A stretch of DNA of 40,468 nucleotides from an uncultured Candidatus Saccharibacteria bacterium (GTDB lineage: Bacteria; Patescibacteriota; Minisyncoccia; Phycocordibacterales; JACOZG01), in assembly GCA_964360815.1 (NCBI GenBank), contig CAYHYA010000006.1, positions 1 through 40,468 of the forward strand. The letters run 5' to 3'. Numbering within the stretch: position 1 is the first letter of the stretch; the number at the start of each line of letters is the position of its first letter. The position numbers and the translations under genes were made by a program. The notes beneath the pieces are model-generated. The model searched no databases. It was given only the letters and a program-made list of their open reading frames with translations, and was not told where the DNA came from. Of this stretch, positions 19,491-25,947 are shown piece after piece.

Positions 19491-22442
19491 ATGACCAGTC
19501 GAAAATTTGACCAACTCTACCGCGAACTGAATCCGGCGCAACGGCGCGCGGTGGACACGATTGATGGACCGGTGATGGTTCTGGCTGGTCCTGGCACTGG
19601 CAAAACTCAAGTTCTAACTCTGCGGATCGCCAACATTCTCCGCCAAACTGATACGCCACCCGAGGCGATTTTGGCCTTGGCCTTCACTCGTTCGGCGGTG
19701 CAACTGATGCGCCAACGTTTAACGGAAATTATCGGTAGCGTGGGTTATCGCGTGCGGATTCATACCTTCCACAGTTTTTGCAACGAAGTCATTCGTCATT
19801 ACCCCGAGCATTTTCCACGGATCATTGGTTCAACCACCGCTTTGCCGATTGACCAGATCAGGATCATGAGGAACGTGATTGACGAGTCACGACTGAAACT
19901 GCTTAAACCATACGGCTCGCCGTACCACTATCTCTACCCGGCGCTTGAGGCGATTGGCCGGTTAAAAAAGGAAAATGTTCCACCGGTGGCGTTGGCAAAA
20001 CTGCTCAGCCAAAATTCGGTGGTTGGCCACGAACGCTGGCGTGGTCGCCAGCGCGAGTTGTTGACGCTCTACCGGCGTTATGAAGCAGGTTTGGCCACCG
20101 CTCGTTTATACGATTTTAATGACATGATCGTTGAGGTTATCAGAGAGCTAGAGGCTAAAACCGATTTTCGCCTGGAGTTACAGGAAGAACATCAGTATCT
20201 TCTGGCCGATGAACAACAGGACGCCAATCAGGGGCAAAACGAACTCCTGCGTCTCTTAGCCGACTTCCACGACCAGCCAAATTTATTTATTGTCGGCGAT
20301 GAAAAACAGGCCATCTTCCAATTTCAAGGCGCTTCGCTCGACAACTTCGATTATTTCCGCCGGCTTTACCCGGCGGCGGTGAGTATCGGTTTAACCGAAA
20401 ATTATCGTTCTTGTCAGCCGGTGCTCGATGCGGCGCAAAGTTTAATCGGATCGAGCGTTGGTCTAGGCGCGGCCGCTCGCGCGCCGCTCCGGTCGCGCGT
20501 TAGCGTCGCCGCGACCGCACGATTGGGTCAGCCGCCGGTGACCCTGCGCGTTTTCAGTCGAGAGGCCAACGAATATCGCTGGTTGGCCGCCGACCTTCAA
20601 GAAAAAATGACCAAGCATCCGGAGTTGAACTTGAATCAGGTGGCGGTAATCTTCCGCGACAACGCCGATGCTCGACCAATCGTTGAGGTTTTTGAACGTG
20701 TCGGGTTGCCGTTTGTTCTCGAGTCGTCGAGTAACGTTTTGAATGATCTCGAGATCAAGAAACTGATTTTGCTTTTTCGGGCAATTTATTATTTTGGCGA
20801 CGATGACTGGCTTCGCCCATTACTCCAACTTGATTTCTGGGGTTTGCCGCCGCTCGACATCTGGCGTTTGCTTGAACACGCGCGCCGCGGCGACGTGTCG
20901 GTTTATGAACTGCTCGCGGCGGCAAAGCACTTAAAAACCGTGCGCTTGGCGCGCCCGGAAAAGTTTCACCAGCTCTTTCAACTACTCGCGCGTTGGAAAC
21001 AATTGAGTGCCAATGTAAATTTTACCGATCTCTTTGGCTTAGTTTTGGCCGAGTCACAGTTCTTGCCCACGCTTTTGAAAAAAGATGGCGCGGTCGACAA
21101 ACTCGAAAAGCTCCAAGCTTTTTTTGAAGAGTTGAAAAATATCCTCAAGAATCAACCCGACTTCGCGCTCAAAGATTTTGTCGGCTATCTCGACCTCTTG
21201 GAGGAGCAACACGTTTCGATTAACTTGAAAAATCTTGGCCAGCGAAACGGCGTTCGTTTGCTCACGGCCCACAAAGCCAAGGGGCTCGAGTTTGATTTGG
21301 TCTATCTGGTTCGGGCCTACGACGGACACTTCGGCGCGCGTCGTTCGACCGATCTTTTCCGTTTGCCTTGGCGCGGTTTGCCGGCGGAAGACGCCGGCGG
21401 TTTGGAAGCCGAGCGCAGATTGTTTTATGTCGCCCTGACCCGCGCCCGCGCCGCAGTCAACATTAGTTACGCCGAAACCGACGAGGACGACCGTCACCGT
21501 TTGCCGAGTCAGTTTATCGGCGAAATTGATAAAAATTTACTCGAAACTGTTGATGTCGCCGAGTTTGAAGCCGCCCAAGCGCGCCGTCCGGAAACATCTT
21601 TGCGACCGCGGGTGTACACGGGGGCGAAGATCACCGAGCGCGCTTATCTCAATCGGCTTTTCCTCGAGCGCGGTTTATCGGTGACGGCGCTGAATAATTA
21701 TTTGGTTTGTCCGCTTAAATATTTTTTCCATAATCTCCTGCGCGTGACGCGAGTGCAGGGTCGGGAGTTGCTTTATGGTGCGGCGGTTCACGCGGCGCTG
21801 AAAAGTTTTTTCGATCAGTGGCGACAGGGGAGTCGCGGATCGCGACGCCAACTGCTTCTCGGTTTTGAACGGGCGGTTAAGGAGCAACCTTTGTCGCCTG
21901 CTAATCGCGCGCCACTTTTGAAACGTGGCCAACGCGCGCTCGGTGGTTACTTCAAACATTATCGCGCGGCTTGGCCGCGCCGGATCGTCAACGAATTTAG
22001 GATCAACGGCGTGGTTCTTGGATCAGTGATTAAACTAACCGGTCAAATCGACAAGCTCGAATTTCTCAGCGCCGACCGGCGCGAGGTTAATGTGGTTGAT
22101 TACAAAACCGGTCGGGTGAAAAGCCGTAACGAAATACTCGGAAAAAATAAACAGGCCACCGGCGATTATTATCGTCAGTTGGTGTTTTATAAACTTTTAT
22201 TAGAGCTCTATCCGCGGGAACGATATCGGGTGACGAGCGGCGAAATTGATTTCATCGAGCCAAATGAGCGCGGTGGCTATAAAAAAGAACGGTTCGAGCT
22301 TGGCGACGAAGCCGTGAAGCAACTGAAAGAGCAAATCACCGGCGTGGCCGAGGAAATCGTCTCGCTTAAATTCCTAAAGCGCGGTTGCGGTCATGCTAAT
22401 TGCGAATCCTGCCAGCTCTGGCGGATGACCGGCCACGGATAG
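19491..22442 (+). CDS. UvrD/PcrA-like SF1 helicase with C-terminal PD-(D/E)xK nuclease
   Basis: LAGPGTGKT, VGDEKQAIFQFQGA, ENYRS, HKAKGLEF, ERRLFYVALTRA; GQIDK..VVDYKTG; Cys cluster CPLK...CGHANCESC. Confidence 0.93.
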   Translation: MTSRKFDQLYRELNPAQRRAVDTIDGPVMVLAGPGTGKTQVLTLRIANILRQTDTPPEAILALAFTRSAVQLMRQRLTEIIGSVGYRVRIHTFHSFCNEVIRHYPEHFPRIIGSTTALPIDQIRIMRNVIDESRLKLLKPYGSPYHYLYPALEAIGRLKKENVPPVALAKLLSQNSVVGHERWRGRQRELLTLYRRYEAGLATARLYDFNDMIVEVIRELEAKTDFRLELQEEHQYLLADEQQDANQGQNELLRLLADFHDQPNLFIVGDEKQAIFQFQGASLDNFDYFRRLYPAAVSIGLTENYRSCQPVLDAAQSLIGSSVGLGAAARAPLRSRVSVAATARLGQPPVTLRVFSREANEYRWLAADLQEKMTKHPELNLNQVAVIFRDNADARPIVEVFERVGLPFVLESSSNVLNDLEIKKLILLFRAIYYFGDDDWLRPLLQLDFWGLPPLDIWRLLEHARRGDVSVYELLAAAKHLKTVRLARPEKFHQLFQLLARWKQLSANVNFTDLFGLVLAESQFLPTLLKKDGAVDKLEKLQAFFEELKNILKNQPDFALKDFVGYLDLLEEQHVSINLKNLGQRNGVRLLTAHKAKGLEFDLVYLVRAYDGHFGARRSTDLFRLPWRGLPAEDAGGLEAERRLFYVALTRARAAVNISYAETDEDDRHRLPSQFIGEIDKNLLETVDVAEFEAAQARRPETSLRPRVYTGAKITERAYLNRLFLERGLSVTALNNYLVCPLKYFFHNLLRVTRVQGRELLYGAAVHAALKSFFDQWRQGSRGSRRQLLLGFERAVKEQPLSPANRAPLLKRGQRALGGYFKHYRAAWPRRIVNEFRINGVVLGSVIKLTGQIDKLEFLSADRREVNVVDYKTGRVKSRNEILGKNKQATGDYYRQLVFYKLLLELYPRERYRVTSGEIDFIEPNERGGYKKERFELGDEAVKQLKEQITGVAEEIVSLKFLKRGCGHANCESCQLWRMTGHG

Positions 22443-22461
22443 CCCCTCCCGATACGCGCCC

Positions 22462-22510
22462 TTGACATCTCGGCCTAGATATGTATATAATATGGGTAGG
22501 TCTTTGACAT
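22462..22510 (+). promoter_or_regulatory. Sigma70 promoter plus boxA-like motif (copy 1)
   Basis: TTGACA-18-TATAAT then GGTCTTTGACAT; first 22 bp identical to 23452-23473. Confidence 0.75.
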
Positions 22511-22599
22511 AGCCAACCAGTGTGGTCGGCCAAGGACAACACAACCGGCAACACTGTTCTAACCATAGAACCTCGTTGCAAACAAGAAAGGAGTCAACC

Positions 22600-23166
22600 A
22601 TGAGTGATCTTACACTCGATGTTGACCAGGCTGGTGAATTAAAAGCGGCGTTTCGTCGTGGTGGTTGGACGAACGGAGACATCAAGCATCTATGTGAGGG
22701 CAATATTCTTACACGAGTTCGCGAGGTTATCCTCGGGCGAGCCACCATCAACACCGGTGAACCCACCATCGACCTCGACGCCGACCCATTTGTGCCAAGT
22801 GACTGGAAGGTGGAGGAACACAGAAAGGGCGGCCAGTGGAAATACGATCCGACCAAGTTAAGACTCCACCTCTCGGTAAAGCAGCAAAACGGTCAAGTCG
22901 TCACGGGTCTCGAATTGTGCAAGGAGTTGGCGGACCTGCCGGTGATGAACGCCAATCTTCTTGATTGGTATCTAATCAATCCGGAATTCATCCCCAACGA
23001 GCTGAAGAATCAGCCAACATTCTTCTGGGGTACGAGATATCGCGACCCGTACGGTAATCAGTATGTTCGTTTCTTGTACCGGCGTGGCCAGAAGTACGAC
23101 TGGAACTACAGCAACACGAGGAAGGATTGGGGCAGCACCAAACCAGGCCTGGTCCTGGCGAGTTGA
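22600..23166 (+). CDS. DGR-target-like protein (paralog, no matching TR in window)
   Basis: SD AGAAAGGAG; C-terminus YRDPYGNQYVRFLYRRGQKYDWNYSNTRKDWGSTKPGLVLAS aligns by eye with the TR-encoded peptide. Confidence 0.8.
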   Translation: MSDLTLDVDQAGELKAAFRRGGWTNGDIKHLCEGNILTRVREVILGRATINTGEPTIDLDADPFVPSDWKVEEHRKGGQWKYDPTKLRLHLSVKQQNGQVVTGLELCKELADLPVMNANLLDWYLINPEFIPNELKNQPTFFWGTRYRDPYGNQYVRFLYRRGQKYDWNYSNTRKDWGSTKPGLVLAS

Positions 23167-23186
23167 TTTTTAGCAACCTAGTCTTT

Positions 23187-23236
23187 GAGCCCTGCATTTT
23201 TCTGTCTAAACCACAGAATAATGCAGGGCTCTTTTT
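23187..23236 (+). terminator. Intrinsic terminator
   Basis: 19-bp stem GAGCCCTGCATT..AATGCAGGGCTC (1 mismatch) followed by a T-run. Confidence 0.8.
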
Positions 23237-23245
23237 CGATTACGG

Positions 23246-23362
23246 CCTTGAGTCAGTCAAGCGCAAACTTAAAACGATTCCGGAAATGACGAGTAGGCCG
23301 AGCAGGGTAAAAAGGTGAGCGGTCGGGATAAATTTCAAGAGAACCAAGCTGCTACCGGCGCC
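23246..23362. repeat. 117-bp direct repeat (orphan copy of the MFS gene 3' end)
   Basis: Identical to 24786-24902 except G23326 vs A24866. Confidence 0.95.
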
Positions 23363-23451
23363 ACTCTTCTTTAATTGTTTGTGCCATCTGGATTGCCATT
23401 TCCACATTCTAGGGAAAACCGCCAAAAGAGTGTGCACATCACCACCTGCTA

Positions 23452-23502
23452 TTGACATCTCGGCCTAGATATGCACATAATTCAGTGGAAGTTCTTTGAT
23501 AG
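23452..23502 (+). promoter_or_regulatory. Sigma70 promoter plus boxA-like motif (copy 2)
   Basis: TTGACA-18-CATAAT then GTTCTTTGATAG. Confidence 0.7.
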
Positions 23503-23580
23503 GTCGGGGTGTTCTCGACAACAAGGAGCTTGGACCAGTTCGGGGAAGATTCTCCGAATAATCCAAAGGGAGAGTGTTGT

Positions 23581-24222
23581 ATGGCGGTGAATGCAAGACA
23601 ATGGAATGCCTTTCTGGCGACCTTGATCCAGAATGCGGATCCAGACCAGCTTGACCCAGACTTGCTCCAACGATCAATCATTGGTGATCCCAAAGTTGCT
23701 GGGGAAAATTTCACTCGTTTTCTTCAGAATGGCTGTCGTCTGAATATCGGCGGACTGAAAGTTGCCCCTCAACCATTTGATCCGGCAACCTTCCCGGTTC
23801 TCGGAGAAGGATGGAGAGTTCTCACTGAAGAACATGATGTTCGCAACGACGGATTAGTCGAAGTTGACTTCGCTCGGGTTGGTCTTACCACAGGACTAAA
23901 TGAGGGGGAGACAGCTATCACCGGCGAAGTAAAACTTGCTCGCCTCAAGCAATCTGGTTGCCTGCGTTATGGTGCCAACGTCTTCATGGGGCTCTGGCGG
24001 GACTACCAAGCGTTGAAGGAAAACAGTCTTCTCGAGTGCCTCTATCGAGAAAGGAAGACAGTCTACCTCGACTTCTTCGGCGATGTTCTTCAGCACCCGG
24101 ATGGCGGCCGTTACGTCCTTTATCTCTGCCGCGGCGGCGTGGGGTGGGACTGGGACGCCAGCCGGCTCGACGGTGGCTGGGGCTCCAGCCGTGTCTCGGC
24201 TGTCTCGCAAGTAGCTTCTTGA
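23581..24222 (+). CDS. DGR target protein with C-terminal variable region
   Basis: SD-like AAAGGGAG before ATG 23581; the last ~44 codons match the downstream TR, with the 40-codon core differing only at adenines. Confidence 0.9.
   Translation: MAVNARQWNAFLATLIQNADPDQLDPDLLQRSIIGDPKVAGENFTRFLQNGCRLNIGGLKVAPQPFDPATFPVLGEGWRVLTEEHDVRNDGLVEVDFARVGLTTGLNEGETAITGEVKLARLKQSGCLRYGANVFMGLWRDYQALKENSLLECLYRERKTVYLDFFGDVLQHPDGGRYVLYLCRGGVGWDWDASRLDGGWGSSRVSAVSQVAS
24089..24210 (+). repeat. DGR variable repeat (VR)
   Basis: Ungapped 122-bp match to 24568-24689; 16 mismatches, all TR-A to VR-G. Confidence 0.93.
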
Positions 24223-24275
24223 ACTTTGGACCTTGGTCACTTGGATTTTCTTTTGATCCTTTGACCTTGGTCCTC

Positions 24276-24315
24276 CGCGGCGTGAATGTACTTCGGTACT
24301 TCACGCCGCGTTTTT
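24276..24315 (+). terminator. Hairpin after the target gene (terminator and/or DGR retrohoming hairpin)
   Basis: CGCGGCGTGAA-T-GTAC-TTCG-GTAC-TTCACGCCGCG then TTTTT. Confidence 0.8.
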
Positions 24316-24329
24316 GTGTTAGCATAATC

Positions 24330-24743
24330 TTGGTAGTAGGCGAATCTGCTGGCGGTCAAGGCTTCCGGCGGCCGAAACCAGTATCCAAATATCGAGAGTA
24401 CTCTCGGCTAAGGCTTAGGGTAGAGTGGTATTTGGGGAAACTTCAAAAAATAGAAGCTACTTGGTGCCTAGGGCTAGGGCATTTTTAGATGCCGAATAAA
24501 ATTCAATCTCGAGTACTCCATTGATTTGGACTCAAGGGGTGGTGTCATGGGCGGCCTTCGGCACGTATTCAGCACCCGGATGGCAACCGTTACGTCCTTT
24601 ATCTCTACCGCGACGACGTGAGGTGGAACTGGAACGCCAACCGGCTCGACAATGACTGGAACTCCAACCATGTCTCGGCTGTCTCGCAAATCGCTTCATT
24701 TCTCCTCCGCTCTAGTAGCGGGGGAGTTTTGTTTAGCCACCAA
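24330..24743 (+). ncRNA. Putative structured TR-containing DGR RNA
   Basis: Extended -10 TGTTAGCAT at 24317; nested stems 24384-24530; hairpin 24702-24726; possible 5'/3' end pairing; no credible ORF. Confidence 0.55.
24568..24689 (+). repeat. DGR template repeat (TR)
   Basis: AAC/GAC-rich non-coding copy of the VR (reads QHPDGNRYVLYLYRDDVRWNWNANRLDNDWNSNHVSAVSQ). Confidence 0.93.
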
Positions 24744-24782
24744 ATTAGTCACCAAGGACTGTTCTTGATAATTTAATAATCA

Positions 24783-25943
24783 CTACCTTGAGTCAGTCAA
24801 GCGCAAACTTAAAACGATTCCGGAAATGACGAGTAGGCCGAGCAGGGTAAAAAGGTGAGCGGTCGAGATAAATTTCAAGAGAACCAAGCTGCTACCGGCG
24901 CCGACGAGATAAGCGAGCGGCACCATCAGGCGCGACAGAGAAATAATCCCGACGTCGCCAACATTAACGCGTTTGAATAAATAACTTTCCTTCATTGCTT
25001 CCCAGGCACTTGCCCCAACGCGAGTCAGAAACAGGATCCCGGCCCAGACCAGCCAATTTTTGGAATCAAGAAAGCCGATGGGCAAAGTTGAAAAACCGGC
25101 AATCAAGAGGCCGACGGTTAAAATCTTTTTTTCGCCCCACCGCCGATCAGCCAAGCGTCCGAGCGGGTATTGGATGAACACAAACGGAACGAGCATGACG
25201 GTAAACAAGGCGCCGATCTCGGTCCAAGTAAAGCCGAGTTCTTGATGAAGCCGCAGTGGCAGATAGATCACCATGATCGAGTAAAAAAGATTGAGCAAAA
25301 AATCGAGACCGAGAATCCGCGCGAGCTTGAAACGCTCGATTTTTTCGCCAAAAGATGTTTGATTGGTGAACGGTGTTTGTTCGGTCAAGCGATAGTAGAG
25401 AAGATAGAGCAAGGGCAGAACCGCTAAAAACGAAAGCAGATAAATCGAGCGGTAGTGGTCAAAATAATTAACCGTTGAACCACTGGCGAAGGGCGACAAC
25501 AGCACCGCGGCGTTAATTAAAGTTAGATAGCCACCGCGGATCCGTCCAGTTTGACGATTTAATGACAGACCCTCGAGATAGAGATCAAGACACAGGCCGA
25601 GACCGATCCCCGCCGCGTGGGTGATCACAAAAAAAACGAGCGCGGTCGCCGGTGACGAGATCAAATTTAGTCCGAGATAACCGCTCGCTAAAACGAGTCC
25701 CAGAAGACGAGCGATCCGGAGTAGTCCGAACCGCCGCGCGCCGCGCGCGACGAGGATGATGATAATGATGGCCACCAACGCCGAACCGAAATAAACCGCG
25801 CCGACCCTTCCTTTCCCGACCAAACTTTCGAGAAAAGACGAGTTAACGTAATAAGATAAAGCCGCGCCGAGAGTGAGGAAAAATCCGGCGGCGAACACTC
25901 GCCGCCGGAGAGCCAGATGATTTTTTTGAACTATCTCCGTCAC
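24783..25943 (-). CDS. MFS transporter
   Basis: About 12 TM helices, GRLADRRWGEK motif A; start GTG 25943 or TTG 25958. Confidence 0.88.
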   Translation of the reverse strand: MTEIVQKNHLALRRRVFAAGFFLTLGAALSYYVNSSFLESLVGKGRVGAVYFGSALVAIIIIILVARGARRFGLLRIARLLGLVLASGYLGLNLISSPATALVFFVITHAAGIGLGLCLDLYLEGLSLNRQTGRIRGGYLTLINAAVLLSPFASGSTVNYFDHYRSIYLLSFLAVLPLLYLLYYRLTEQTPFTNQTSFGEKIERFKLARILGLDFLLNLFYSIMVIYLPLRLHQELGFTWTEIGALFTVMLVPFVFIQYPLGRLADRRWGEKKILTVGLLIAGFSTLPIGFLDSKNWLVWAGILFLTRVGASAWEAMKESYLFKRVNVGDVGIISLSRLMVPLAYLVGAGSSLVLLKFISTAHLFTLLGLLVISGIVLSLRLTDSR

Positions 25944-25947
25944 TTTT

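Noticed and set aside
23326-23326. The single A->G difference in the 117-bp repeat as evidence of RT-mediated copying
   Set aside because: One transition is uninformative, and all other adenines in the repeat are unchanged
23240-23458. 72-aa minus-strand ORF
   Set aside because: Chance fusion of the duplicated MFS tail with upstream non-coding sequence
24089-24689. Simple gene-fragment duplication or pseudogene
   Set aside because: Mismatches are confined to adenines at codon positions 1-2, with none at synonymous third positions, which drift does not produce
23958-24689. ORFs 23958-24488(+), 23896-24240(-), 23984-24325(-) and 24474-24689(-) as RT or Avd
   Set aside because: Shadow frames of the target gene and TR; no YxDD motif or Avd-like sequence
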